A DNA stretch of 64,000 nucleotides from Octopus bimaculoides (lineage: Eukaryota). A program made the translations under genes and the position numbers. Every line of letters begins with the position of its first letter. Position 1 is the first letter of the stretch. Below, piece by piece: positions 50,259 to 64,000 of the stretch. The DNA lies in the NCBI RefSeq assembly GCF_001194135.2, contig NC_068988.1, positions 28,214,327 to 28,278,326 on the forward strand, read 5' to 3'. Under the pieces are notes generated by a model. The model did not search any database. It saw nothing but the letters and a program-made list of their open reading frames with translations, and was not told the origin of the DNA.

Positions 50259-53200
50259 CTGCAATGTTTAAAATCATAGATCTGCACATTCGGAGTTGAC
50301 CTAGGCTTAAACAACAACCTGAACTTTTAATAAAAATATATAAGGAGAAGTTATGATGTTTATGCATTTCTAAAGAGTATTAACAACAGAAAAAAAGACA
50401 TTCAAATTTTGGCACAAGGTCAGCAATTTCGGGGGTGGGGGGGTAAGTCGATTACATTGACCCAAGTACTCAATTGGTACTTATTTTATTGACCCCCAAA
50501 AAGATGAAAGGCAAAGTCAACCTCGGCGGAATTTGAACTCAGAACATAATGACAGATGAAAAGCTAAGCATCTTGCCCAGTATGCTAACGATTCTATCAG
50601 CTCACCAATAATAATAATATCAATATAGAATACTAATATTAATAATTTCTTAAATACAATGCCTGTCTCCCAACTGATATATTAATGATATTTATTCTAT
50701 CAAAACCTTTCTCTTCTTGAGGCAGCTAAAAACCAAAACATATTCTCTTGTAAACTTTCTATGGATTCTGTATAATAAAGAGAATGGTTTCACATTGACA
50801 GAAATGCCTCTTCGGAGTCAGGGATAACATCCAGATACAGCATGTAGTCATATCTATGTATACACCAAAGTATATTCTTACATTTAATATAAAAAGTATA
50901 TGAGATCATGGAATGAAATACAGGAGATACACATGAAGCTCTCAGCAGCATGTCATGGGGATTAAACTTTCAGAACTTTAAAAAAAAAAAAAATGAAGAG
51001 CTTATGTTCATATAGTTATGAGCTGCTTCTACTCATCATAGCAACTGCAATTAAATACACTCTAATGAATGCGAAACTACTAGAGGTATGATACCCACAC
51101 CACGTTGCCAAGTTTCATTCTACAGCAAAAATTATATACATTTCAAACATGAAACAAGTGAATTTTGAAATGTTGATGGTGAGTTAGTAAAGAGGTATTT
51201 TGTAATAAAAAATATCCATAGGTTAGAGGATTATAAAAATGGAAAACTAAACTTCCCATAACATTACTGCATATGATGGGATGTGATATGATGCTTTGAG
51301 CAATTTTCCGTTACCGTAAAATCTCTGAAATTGACAACAACCAAAACGATCTGTGGTTTCTGTTTACCATGCTACATAATGAAATATTAATACCCTGATG
51401 AACATGCAGTTAAAAGAATTATAAGAGGGGAAAATAACAAGTGTATCCACAAAGAAACCAATATCATATTTTAACTTTTAATGTTTTCTTGTAAGTATAG
51501 TCTAAAGGGATAAAAGTGCTTGGAAAATCACTAAATCTTTTGAACAGATGGAGTAGCTTCCAAAGTTCTGTGGAGCAACTGACTAACTTCTAATATATAT
51601 TGAACTAATTATGCTCAGTGACCAACTGTAAAATTAAAAGAAAAGTTTGGAGATGGGCCTTTCTCTATATTCTCTGTAATTGGCTGAAATGATACACCAT
51701 ACTCTACAAGTAAGTCTTTTATTAGCTTATATATACATATACATACATATACAAAAAAAAAAAATGGAAAAGAAAAATTTCTCTAAATAAATATTAGTAA
51801 ACTGGGAATATTTAGTTGTTAAAATGAACTTCTGACTGAAGCAGTGATAAAATCTATATATGTAAAAATGATTTAAACATTAAAGATTGCAGAACTAACT
51901 GAAAATAGAATTGTTTATAGACTTGCACAAATTTTGAAGTCAGTAAATTTTTTGAGATTATGATTAAAAAATTCTTTTCAAAGAATTCTTTAAAAAGAAA
52001 CCAATTTAGAGAGAAATTTCGACAGTTTTCAAACATATAGTCTGTTGTTGCAAGATGCGAGATAAGTGGAGCCACCTGTATTTTGACACAAGTTTGCTCA
52101 GTGTTGCCAGGCAACTGGCATCAGGTGAAGTCATAGTAAATACTATATAGTTTGTATTGAGATATTCCAAATAAACCCAAATGGAGCCTGCAAAGGCCAG
52201 CCAGGCCCTAGTATTACCACACACAGCACAGAGGAGACAAGTCATCAGGTTTATCAGATAACAAACACACAGTTTCCTGCACCTTTCTACAGGATGACTG
52301 ATATCTTCTCAAAGGTTTTTAGAACATTTTTTTTTCTTTTATTTCACAGACACAGTTTTTAGAAAACTGACATGATAAGCCATCGGCAATAACCAACCAG
52401 AGTCAAAACTGAGCCAGTTGATCCTTGGTTTAATAAACTGAAGGCACTAAAGAAAAAACTGTAATAAATGAATAAATAAATAATTCTTTCTACATAGGAA
52501 TAAGACCTTAAATTTTTTTTTTTTGGGGGGGGGGGGGNNNNNNNNNNNNNGTTACTTATTTTATTGACCCTGAAAGGACGAAAGGAAAAGTCGACCTCAA
52601 TGGAATTTGAACTCAGAACATGGAAGAAAAGCTGGTGTGCTAACGATTCTGCCAACTCAATAGCGTGGAAAATGAGAAATAATTTGGCTTCTTTAATAAA
52701 CTGCAATATTGCAACGGTGTGAGTCCGCATCACATACAATCTAAAGGTTGTAGTTTTTCCTTTCCTACTGCCACCATGGCTCCTCCCTTTCCACATGCCC
52801 AGGAGACTGTTAGGCAAATGAGTTTTTAGTTGTAGATTGAGGTCGCTACAGCAGAGGCAAGGCCAGGCTGACATCTAATGTCAGAACCTTCAGTGCTGGG
52901 TTGATTTAATTATTCCCCAATGTTACCAAGTCTCAAATTTCACAAGTTATAATAATCTAATTAATTGCACAATTTTATGAGAGAGAATTACCCTGTACTT
53001 TCCTTGGGAGCACTGATATTCCAAATTAATCCTCAGTGAAGCCAGTTCTGAATATTCTACGAAAAATCTGCTGTTTTGAGACATAAATCCATTTTGCAAA
53101 CTTAGTTTACTTCATATAAGATTGTTTTTAATAGTCATCTGATCAAAAGATCTAGTTTCAATCTTAAAAAAAAAGACCAATTACATTAATGATTTCAATA

Positions 53201-55493
53201 TCAGCCCCAAAATGCTTTGTCAAGATGTCAAACATTTTTATTGGTAACTTTTAGGAAAAAAAAAGAAGAAAAAAACCCAAAATACTATAGGGATTAGTAA
53301 AAAGCCTGTACTGTAAAAGATAGCTTGCACAATCTTATATATTTCCTTCTACAACTATTTTTAAAAACAGGAATTTACCATATTTCTGTATAAAAGAATA
53401 AATTGTCTCCAATTAAAGAGCAACAATTTCTTTGAGAAGCACCAGTTAAACCGAGAGAACATAGAGAAACAGTTGAAAAGAAGTGAAGAATTATCTGAGC
53501 ATCTATTATTGATGATGCTACAAGAGAAAGAATTTCATTTCAAAATAGAGACACCATCTCTCGAATGGAAACAGAAATGGACGAAACTTGAAGAACCAGT
53601 TGTTCAAAATATTTGTCTATGAAATAAGAGAAGAGATTAAGTATGAGAGCGTTACCAATGAATGTTTATGGAAAAGCGATGCTGCATATGTTTCATCTGT
53701 GCTAAAATGATATTCTGGAAATTATAAACGGTTTATGTTTTTCATTTCATTGCATAGAGTAAAAAGACTAGTGAAAGACTATAGTAAAATACAGAGAGAA
53801 AGGTAGGTGTCTAGCAAGGAATTATAAGGAGGTAGTAATGGAATAGGGAACAGGACAAAGCAGTGTGAGTGTGTGTGTGTGTTTGTAGTAAGGTGGTGGT
53901 GATGGTGGAGGAGTTAATGATAGTCAGTAATTGTTAATGAAGTAAAATGATCTAATAAAAAGAAGAAAGAAATTGCTTCAAATTAGTGTAAGACTGTTGT
54001 GGATAAACAATTAAAATGGCATCGTTAGAAGCCATTACTACTGTATAAACACGAATATGAGTAAGATAGGGGCTGAAAACAAAAGTAACTTTGGAGATGG
54101 TGATGGTAGAGGAGACGGGAGTAGGGGTGGGGGTGAAATCATGAGAACCATTCAATAGAGCCATGTCAACAACAGATGGCAAATGAATTAGCTGAACATT
54201 TTGCAATGGATCAAGTGGAATTATCTGATTTGAATTCCAGTTCTTGAGGGGCTGGTTGAACCTTATCTCTCATTTCCATCAAATTGTTACGTCTACCTAC
54301 TTACCCACAAATTAAAAAAAAAAAACAAGAAAAAAACTCCTTCAAAACTTTTGCAATGATTTAATGTTTTGAAGACATTATTTCTCTAGTAAAACACCAA
54401 ATTGGGAATCAGCAAACACAAAATCACCTCCCTAACAAACAGCACACTAATTAATACCATCTAAACGATGACAGGTGTTTGTAAAATAATTTACAAACAA
54501 GAAGAAAACAGAAATTTAATAAACATTTTTGTGGAAACATTGATATAAATTTACTTAAAATTCTCAATAACAACCAGCATCTATGTCAAACAGTAGTTTA
54601 GTTAGGAATCCAGGAATAGAAATACCAAACTAGGACTGACAGTCAATTATATTCAAAGTTTACTCTATAAATACATCATCTAAACAATTTTATAATTTAT
54701 AAACAGACCACAGCCTAACAGAAGTTAGGAATGTCAGCACAGCCAAGTAGATAAGGTACTGAACTGCGAGGGAGTAGAGGAAGTATGTTTAATATTGTAG
54801 GTAGAATATATGTGAATAGGTGAAAATATAGAACTGACTCTGAAATCAAAGGTCAAAGGCAGGTATACCGTCTAAATATTGATTTCTAATATTGATGCTG
54901 ATACAAGGGATCAAATCTGAAGGATTCATTAGAGTTGATTACAATGATCCAAATACTCAACTGGTACTTGTTTTATCAACTCTGGAAGGAAGAAAGTCAT
55001 TTTCAGTCTTGGCAGGATTTGAAACAAGAACATAAAATGTTATCTCAAGATATTTTTTGTGCCTTGTATCAAACTGTGAATCCTAGCAAGGCTTATTACA
55101 TCATCATCGCTTTAACATCCATTTTTCCATGTTTGCCTGGGCAGATTTTCTATGGTTGGATGTCCTTCCTGTTGCCAACCTTTAGCAGTTCCCAAGCAAG
55201 TTAATATTTCCACATGGCCAGACATGCTTTCAAAGAATATTGCAAATGACGACCCTCATTTCTAACAATTATACAATGTCAAGATCACACACTGAATAAA
55301 TATGGTATATTAGCCATAGGCAAAGGAGCAGTGCTTGTGCCCTTTACAGGTTTTACTAGAATGGTGAGATCAATGCATCCAGTACCGACCCTGACAATCT
55401 GTAAAGAAAATGTGAGTGAATGCTTGTAACAGAACAAACTCTGCTAAAGTAGTCAAAGTCCCAATGGTAATGTTAAACTGGACAGCAGTTTAA

Positions 55494-55534
<41 letters not shown>

Positions 55535-55536
<2 letters not shown>

Positions 55537-55720
55537 GGCCTGAAATGTTTGGGGAATCGATTACATTGGCGCCAGTGCGAAACTGGTGCTTATTTTGTCG
55601 ACCCCGAAAGGATGAAAAGCAAAGTCACCCTCGGTGGAATTTGAACTCAGAACGTGAAGTCGAACGAAATGCGGCTAGACATTTTGTCCGGCGTGCTAAC
55701 AATTCTGCCAGCTCGCCTAA
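55535..55720 (-). mobile_element. SINE family C copy
   Basis: Reverse complement of the 21975 element. Confidence 0.75.
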
Positions 55721-55844
55721 AACCCCTTTAAAATGGAGGATATCAATAAATAATTGCATGCTTCACGAGTAGGCGATGTATTAACGGATCAATGAGATAA
55801 TGATTCAATCCACGACAAAAAACATCAAAACATTACTTATTTGT

Positions 55845-56150
55845 CTCTAACTTAGTGGTTTGGCAACAAAGACTGATAGAACAAGTACCAGGTTAAGAAA
55901 CGATGGATTTCCATGCGTATGAGTGTGTGTTAGTGTTTATCACCCACCACCGCTTGATAATCGGTGTTGGTTTGTTTACGTCCCCTTAACTTGGTGGTTC
56001 GGTAGTTAAAATTGTCAACTGAAAAGAATAAGTACCAGACTTTAAAAATAATAATAATTAAAAAAGTAACGATGTCGATTTGTTCGACTAAACGCTTCGA
56101 GGCGGTGCCCCAGCATGGCCGCTGTCTACTGACTGAAACAAGGAAAGAAT
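55845..56150 (+). mobile_element. SINE family A, 3' half
   Basis: GCTTGATAATCGGTGTTGGTTTGTTTACGTCCCC...GGCGGTGCCCCAGCATGGCC. Confidence 0.7.
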
Positions 56151-57321
56151 AGAAGAGATTCATAAAACGATGGGATTCTTTTGATCACAGACCTGTTCAA
56201 TGAATGGTGACCTGGGGTTAAATAATAATAACAACAACAATCCTTAATTTTTCGCTAGGAGACCCAACTACAAGTGGTTGTAATGTTATTTTATCATGAA
56301 GTTAGATAAAGAGATATGCAGAAAAAACCATGGCTTTGTGGTTAACCGAACGACTTGTTTCCATGATATCTTAAACTACTTCTCTCAAAGATAGCCAGAA
56401 GGGAAAAAGATGGGGAAAATAACAAACACACTTCTGTGGGTACTAATTAACATTAGAAAGAAATTTCAAACACGGGGAACACCTAATTCATAATCCAAGA
56501 ACACGATTTTGAGTAAATGTTTGTATTTTGAAAACTTTTCAATCCACACTTTCACAAAAGAGAAGAGAAATACTCTTCCATTCCACCTCTCCTTAAAATG
56601 CCTGATGACGATGAATATATTAAAAGCTTCTACGTTATAAAGATTAAATAACTAAATCGCTATTATTGAGTCAACTATTTTAGGGCTAAAATACACAAAC
56701 AGAAACATACATAAAATAAAGATATAAAAGCAAGCTAAACTTTCAACGGTAGTATTTTATGATTTTATATTACTATGTCGAGATGCTGGTAAATAAGATT
56801 TATGAAGTTCATATTGATTAAAAAGTTAGGAAAAGTGTGTGCCTTCACAGAAACGTAGAGTTCGTGAGAGTTATATTAATTTCTTTACAGCTGAAACTCA
56901 ATACTTATGTTGATCGTGCTCAATTCTTGAAAATATCCAATAGCTATTTAGGAAGTTATGAGTAAATGGATTTATTTGGGAGGAAAAGAAGCTATAATAA
57001 ACATTGACTGGCTCCACGCAGAGAGATTATCGCTCTTCTAGACAAACACACAAATTCTTTCACCCTCTTTCCGCGCACTCCCTCTCGTTTCTAACACACC
57101 TCCTTCTATTACTCTGTCATTAACCCCCTCCCTCTCTACCAGTAAAACAAGTCAACCCAGACCAATACTTAGTGGAAACACCGAAGCAACAACGGAATGG
57201 TAGGCAGACAGGCAGTCAGGATTGTCAACTGTAAAAGACCAGAACCAACTTGCACGTCCATTGTGCGCCCATTGCATCAGTAGCTAACTTGTCAATGGAA
57301 TTTCTTTTTTTTTTTTTTTTT

Positions 57322-58547
57322 NNNNNNNNNNNNNNNNNNNNNNNNNNNNNNNNNNNNNNNNNNNNNNNNNNNNNNNNNNNNNNNNNNNNNNNNNNNNNNN
57401 NNNNNNNNNNNNNNNNNNNNNNNNNNNNNNNNNNNNNNNNNNNNNNNNNNNNNNNNNNNNNNNNNNNNNNNNNNNNNNNNNNNNNNNNNNNNNNNNNNNN
57501 NNNNNNNNNNNNNNNNNNNNNNNNNNNNNNNNNNNNNNNNNNNNNNNNNNNNNNNNNNNNNNNNNNNNNNNNNNNNNNNNNNNNNNNNNNNNNNNNNNNN
57601 NNNNNNNNNNNNNNNNNNNNNNNNNNNNNNNNNNNNNNNNNNNNNNNNNNNNNNNNNNNNNNNNNNNNNNNNNNNNNNNNNNNNNNNNNNNNNNNNNNNN
57701 NNNNNNNNNNNNNNNNNNNNNNNNNNNNNNNNNNNNNNNNNNNNNNNNNNNNNNNNNNNNNNNNNNNNNNNNNNNNNNNNNNNNNNNNNNNNNNNNNNNN
57801 NNNNNNNNNNNNNNNNNNNNNNNNNNNNNNNNNNNNNNNNNNNNNNNNNNNNNNNNNNNNNNNNNNNNNACATACTCTCTCTTTCTCTCTCTCTATTAAC
57901 AAGGTTGCTTCTCATATCATATGTAGTTGTAGTAGTAGCAGTAGGAATGGTAAGAACAGCAGCAGCCACAACCACGCCAGAACGACACGGCGACAGCAGT
58001 AGCAAACACCAGCATCCATAGTGGAATTAGTCAACAGCGAATCATCACACACACACACACGTAATCATTCGTGAAGTAATAAACAAATAGTAATTCCACT
58101 CAATCTCTCTCGCCAACACACGCATACACACACATATACATACACACGTCATATATTAACTGAGTGGGTGACATCCGAAGAACTGGCTGTAGTAAATATA
58201 TTTAAAGTTACAAAAGCATTATATAGGCCTATATATACTGTTCTTTACCAAGAATAGTGTCGACAGTGACTTCGAAGTTTCGGTCTGCTTAGCCTTAATA
58301 TGTACACTACAAAAACTACTAAGAATCCTTTCGTTTAATAACTTGTTTTTATTATGACAACAAATATATATTCTTTTTTTTTTCTTTCTACTTGTTTCAG
58401 TCATTTGACTGCGGCCATGCTGGAGCACCGCCTTTAGTTGAGTAAATCAACTCCATGACTTATTCTTTGTAACCCTAGTATTCTATCGGTCTCTTTTGCT
58501 AAACCGCTAAGTTACGGGGACATACACAGACACAAACATATACACAC

Positions 58548-58590
<43 letters not shown>

Positions 58591-59386
58591 NNNNNNNNNN
58601 NNNNNNNNNNNNNNNNNNNNNNNNNNNNNNNNNNNNNNNNNNNNNNNNNNNNNNNNNNNNNNNNNNNNNNNNNNNNNNNNNNNNNNNNNNNNNNNNNNNN
58701 NNNNNNNNNNNNNNNNNNNNNNNNNNNNNNNNNNNNNNNNNNNNNNNNNNNNNNNNNNNNNNNNNNNNNNNNNNNNNNNNNNNNNNNNNNNNNNNNNNNN
58801 NNNNNNNNNNNNNNNNNNNNNNNNNNNNNNNNNNNNNNNNNNNNNNNNNNNNNNNNNNNNNNNNNNNNNNNNNNNNNNNNNNNNNNNNNNNNNNNNNNNN
58901 NNNNNNNNNNNNNNNNNNNNNNNNNNNNNNNNNNNNNNNNNNNNNNNNNNNNNNNNNNNNNNNNNNNNNNNNNNNNNNNNNNNNNNNNNNNNNNNNNNNN
59001 NNNNNNNNNNNNNNNNNNNNNNNNNNNNNNNNNNNNNNNNNNNNNNNNNNNNNNNNNNNNNNNNNNNNNNNNNNNNNNNNNNNNNNNNNNNNNNNNNNNN
59101 NNNNNNNNNNNNNNNNNNNNNNNNNNNNNNNNNNNNNNNNNNNNNNNNNNNNNNNNNNNNNNNNNNNNNNNNNNNNNNNNNNNNNNNNNNNNNNNNNNNN
59201 NNNNNNNNNNNNNNNNNNNNNNNNNNNNNNNNNNNNNNNNNNNNNNNNNNNNNNNNNNNNNNNNNNNNNNNNNNNNNNNNNNNNNNNNNNNNNNNNNNNN
59301 NNNNNNNNNNNNNNNNNNNNNNNNNNNNNNNNNNNNNNNNNNNNNNNNNNNNNNNNNNNNNNNNNNNNNNNNNNNNNNNNNNNNNN
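57322..59386. other. Assembly gaps 57322..57869 and 58591..59386 (smaller gaps at 37925..37934, 43345..43413, 52538..52550)
   Basis: Runs of N. Confidence 1.
58380..58590 (-). mobile_element. SINE family A, 3' half running into an N gap at its (TA)n
   Basis: CTTGTTTCAGTCATTTGACTGCGGCCATGCTGGAGCACCGCC. Confidence 0.75.
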
Positions 59387-59609
59387 CCCCCCACACGAAA
59401 ACTCTTTCACAATATTATTACATGAAGGCCTCTTTCAGAAATCTTAGCTGTTGAAATATTGCTTGCAGTCAGTATTATTTCATTACAGGAAACGGCTGGG
59501 GTAGAATTATAAAATGTTACCCAGTTAAATGCAAATTTCGTTTTATGTAAATCTTGGATAAAAAAAACTAAAAGTCTACAGTTGACATATTTTCGTACGA
59601 TTCTTTTGT

Positions 59610-60003
59610 CTTTTTATTCGTTTCAGCCACTAGGCTGTGGCCATGCTTGTGCACCACCTTGAAGGGCTTTAGTTGAATGAGTCAACTTAAGTACTTTGGT
59701 TTTTCTTAAAAAGTCTGGTATTTATTCTATCGGTCTCTTTTGCCAAACCACAAAGCTATGGGAACATAAACTAACCAACACCGTCTGTCAAGCGGTTTAG
59801 GAGTTTACACAAATGCAACACAAATACATACACACACTCACACATACAGCAGGCTTCCACACAATTTCTATCTATCAAATTCACTTACAAGACATTGATC
59901 AACCTGGGTTATAATTGAAGACACTTTCACGAGGTTCTGCACAGTGGGACTGAACCCAAAACCACATGGTCGAGGAGCAAGCTTCTTAACCACACAGCCA
60001 TGC
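59610..60003 (-). mobile_element. SINE family A copy
   Basis: Full-length diverged reverse-complement match. Confidence 0.75.
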
Positions 60004-60442
60004 CAATGCCTTCAAATGTTTAATACATTTGATCAGATCTGAAATAGGAAAAATCCACTAAACTCTTTTTACTGTTCTTCATTTCACCATTTCTCCCCCC
60101 ATTTCTGCATTCATACACTCCTCTAATAATTATACAACAGGACAATCTAATGAAGGAACCCTAATGTGGTCATTCGACCTGCTAGAAATAGTAATCACAT
60201 CTCTTTTATCGTCAGTCTGTTCATTCAGAGTTCAACTGGAACCAAACAACATGACAGAATACATTGTACAATGTAGTCGAATACACAAGACGAGATGGTC
60301 ATGGCTGAGTTGGCTTTGATCATGAGTCTATTCAATCAAGGCAGACCAAATCTAATAAACAGTAAAAAAGAACATTCATAACTTTTTGTAATTGTTTATT
60401 TCTCTCAGACTTTTCAGCGTCTTTTCCTTTTATAACATAGTT

Positions 60443-60815
60443 GCAGGCATGGCTGGGTGGTTAAGAAGCTCGCTTTGCAACCACAGTTTTGGGTTCAATC
60501 CTACTACACAGCATCTTGGGCAAGCGTCCTTTACTAAAGCTCTGAGTTGACCTGTGCCTTGTGAGTGAATTTCATAAATAGAAACTATGTAAAAGTCTTT
60601 CAAGTGTGTATGCATGTATGTGTTTGTCCTTCCCTCTGCTTGTCAACTAGTGCTGGTTTGTTTATGTCCTAACTTAGTAGCTTGATAAAATAGACTGATA
60701 CAATAAGCACCAGACTTAAAAAAAAGACCTACTGGAGTTAATTTGTTTGACTAAAAATTCTTCAATGCAGTGCCCCAGCATGGCCATAGTCCAATGACTG
60801 ACACAAGTAAAAGAT
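60443..60815 (+). mobile_element. SINE family A copy (inverted relative to the 59610 copy)
   Basis: Head GCATGGCTGGGTGGTTAAGAAGC, core and 3' GTGCCCCAGCATGGCC. Confidence 0.75.
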
Positions 60816-62082
60816 AAGCATTTAATTGTCAAAGCCAATATTTTAATCTACTGACTCAGATGCATTTGAAACCCAACTGTTAAGTAAGGCATAAGGGAAT
60901 CTAAGGCCACAAAAATCTACCAGAATATTAGAAATCCTGCTGCAGGAACAGAAGAAAAGTATATGGTATTTGATGGCATCAAAAAGTATATTAGACACAT
61001 CCCACTTTTGGCAGAGTATATCCAGGAAAAAGTGAGCATCAGGGGCAAAATTAAGTGATGGGAGGTCTTGGAATGATTTTTATATATAGGACTTGGGACA
61101 ATTTTTTGAGACATTCTTTGGGAAAAAAGTAAGTTTTATATTCCATCAAATATGGTACATGCTTCCTTTATAAGGCCTGATCTGTCGGGTGCTGGTGCCA
61201 TGTAAAATGCTCCCAGCACACACTGAACTGACTGGTATTAGGTAGGGCATCCAGCTGTAGAAACCATACCAAAACAGACAATGGTGTCAGGTGTGATCCT
61301 CAGCCTTACCGGCTCCTGTCTAAATGCCCAAACCATGCCAGCAAGGAAAATGGATGTTAAATGATGATGATGATAGAATATACTTGCAAAGGAGATGTCA
61401 CTTTACCAGAAGGCTCATATTCAATTCAAAGGCAAATTCTATGGTTCCTTAACATTTTCCACTCAAATGTCATTAGAGAGAAAAAGAGAGGAGACAGAAT
61501 GAGAAAGAGGAGGGGGAGAAAGAGAGAGAGAGTCAACAAGCAGTGATTTATAATTTTATACAATAAACTAGATATTAATTGGTTCCACTTCATTACTGGG
61601 ACTAATTTTATGAAACCCAGACAAATGAAAGATGAAGTTGAACCCTGCAGGATTTGAATTCAGACTGTGTGGTGTCAAATTATCTACACTGACTCTCTAC
61701 TATCTCAGCAATTCTGTACAAACTTAGTTTCTTAAAATATTGGAAACAAAAACTAGAATATGCCCACAGCCATGAAACAACAACAACAACGTAAGAAAAA
61801 GTAGAAAGGAAAAAAAAATGACATTGACCAACGAAGCAGCAACAGAAATGAAGGAGGTAACACAATATTTACAAAACATAATTCCTCGACTTTAGAAAAT
61901 ATTTGGACTTGTTCAACTGGATAAATGCTGAAAAACGAAGCAAAAGTGTTTCCAAAATGTAATAAAACAAAAGGAGGTGGCATAAAATCCAGAAACAACC
62001 AAAGAACAAGAAAAATAAATAATACACTCGACAAGAAATGGAAACAAAATCTCACAACAACAATAACAACAACAACAACAAC

Positions 62083-62122
<40 letters not shown>

Positions 62123-64000
62123 TAGTTAAGATAGTAGTAATAGAGCATAGTTCTCGAATATTGAAGACCAAATATAGACAATAGTTGTGTGGAATGTTAA
62201 GCATTGGTAACAAGGAAGAATTCCAACCCCTATGTTAACTCTTTAACAGCCTCCCTTATCATGACTATATCAATTCCCTGTTACATCAGGTAGATTGCTT
62301 TTCTGTTTTTCTTTCTATTTGTTTGGTTTGAAGGAAGGGGCTGTACCCATGTCGTTCACAAATACTCAGATGTCTGTCAAATAATACTGTCAATGTCCCT
62401 TTTGAACAGACAGCAGAAAAAAAGACAAAAAGAAAATGTGTGTGTGTGTGTGTGTGTAAGGAATTCCAGAGAGATGACATTCTGGTAATGAGGGAATAGG
62501 TATAGTGCTTAGTGCAGTAGAAAATGGGTGATGAAAGAAAGAAAGGTAAATGATATGAGAATATTTTAGCGGAGGTAGTATGAGACTGTCCCCAGTTTTA
62601 TTACACAAATTCCCTATTTTAAATTAATCTAAATTAAAATCTTCCATTTGAAATTTCATGTTAATATATGTTTCAAACACCAGCATGGATAACAAAGAAG
62701 TTATTTTATCAAATTCCTTATTTTCCAACATAATTGAAGCAAAGTCATACTCGGGTAATAAAAAACCATGTAATCCCTGCACCACAGAATTTACCATGAA
62801 ATGGATTTGCTTCTAAACAATCATTTTAAATGATTTTCAACTTTCATGCACACGGTTTCTAACACATACAAACATTTTAAGCCCATTAACTAAGATATTA
62901 TGTTAGTATATTCTTAACTAGTTACCAGTCTTAATTTATTCCTTCTCATTTTTGTTAGTCTTGACTAATTACTTCTAATTTTATATAATTTTACATTTTC
63001 TATACTTCTATCCCTTTCTACATTCTGATTTTTCTTTTCTGACTAGCCTTATCTATAATTGAATTTTATATGCAATTATCCAGCAGCCATTCATCTCCCA
63101 CATTTCCATTATAGATAGATATATGTAAATCTACTTGCTTTCCTTATGGCTCTTCTTTCCTCCCATCTTCCAAATTCTCTCTCGTCTTATACTATTTTGT
63201 TATGTGCAGATTACAGACAGCTATTATTACAATAGATAATGTTAATGTCTCAGCCATTTCTATTATAAATTTTACATTTCCGTTCAACACTAGACAACAC
63301 ACTTTAAAGAAAAAACCCCAAAAAGCTGAGATGTATACTAAATTCATTCTAATAACTTTGCTTCGATTTGATGATTAAATAATATGCTGGTTTAAGTTTA
63401 CTTGCTGATTGTGAGTTTGTTGTTGTCATCTTTATCCTATTATCATGATATACATATATATTTATTATGTAGGTAGTTAGGGTAAATCCCTATTTAATTT
63501 CTCTGTCTGAAGAGTTTCTAACAGGAAATTCCTTACATGTCTATCTAACATGTAAAACTTTGTAATTCCTACTAGTAAATGAAACACATGTAATGGTGAA
63601 TAAATAGTCCCCCCAAATTTCCCAATTTCTTATTTTGTTATACACACACACACACACATAACCTTGATAGTTCTCTCTCTATGTATATAGTGGGTTTTCA
63701 TACCATTTTCAATAGTAATATGTAAAAGTTATATCTATTTGTGTGTGTGTGTGTGTATGAGTACATATGCATATGAACTGTAGGTCTCATAAGGCCAGAG
63801 TTTAACCTGGATTCCTTGGTGTAATTTATAATCCAGATCAGAAAGTACTCAATACAGAGGTAGAGAGAAATTACATGTAGTAGTGCTAAGATAATTCTGT
63901 TGTTATTTCTCTATTAGCATTTATCCAAGTTTCACCAAAACTCAGAGTGTGTGTGTGTGTGTGTGTGTATATCTATCTATCTATCTATCTCTCTCTCTAT

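Noticed and set aside
53430-53625. About 60-codon purine-rich open frame on the + strand
   Set aside because: No start or splice context and no recognisable motif. It is possibly a decayed TE.
57225-59447. Long 225-303 aa ORFs in the track
   Set aside because: They consist of X residues spanning N gaps.

Overview
AT-rich, microsatellite- and SINE-dense animal genomic DNA with five N gaps. The repeat families look like those of octopus, but this is recall and inference, not a database match. Two convergent (tail-to-tail) spliced genes can be rebuilt from splice sites and reading-frame phase. (1) On the + strand is a complete 7-exon Sp1-4 family transcription factor, CDS 1352..25849, 802 aa by my exon sum, with an Sp box, a Q/S/T-rich region, a buttonhead box and three C2H2 fingers. 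A 32-codon uORF ends with a TAA that sits directly against its start ATG. (2) On the - strand is a 5'-incomplete gene that the ORF track shows only as unlinked fragments. It has about 10 phase-compatible exons from 49282 down to about 34128, encoding at least ~550 aa: low-complexity S/P/N-rich sequence, a Cys cluster and a C-terminal CAP-Gly domain with a non-canonical GVNDG motif. The rest is intronic or intergenic: several tRNA-headed SINE families, SINE-like elements with (GAT)n tails, decayed RTE-like LINE pieces, MITEs (TTAA/piggyBac-type, hAT-type with an 8-bp TSD, and one with long TIRs), a Helentron-like element, and a near-perfect 118-bp-arm hairpin. I found no prokaryotic-type system, CRISPR array, rRNA or true tRNA gene.
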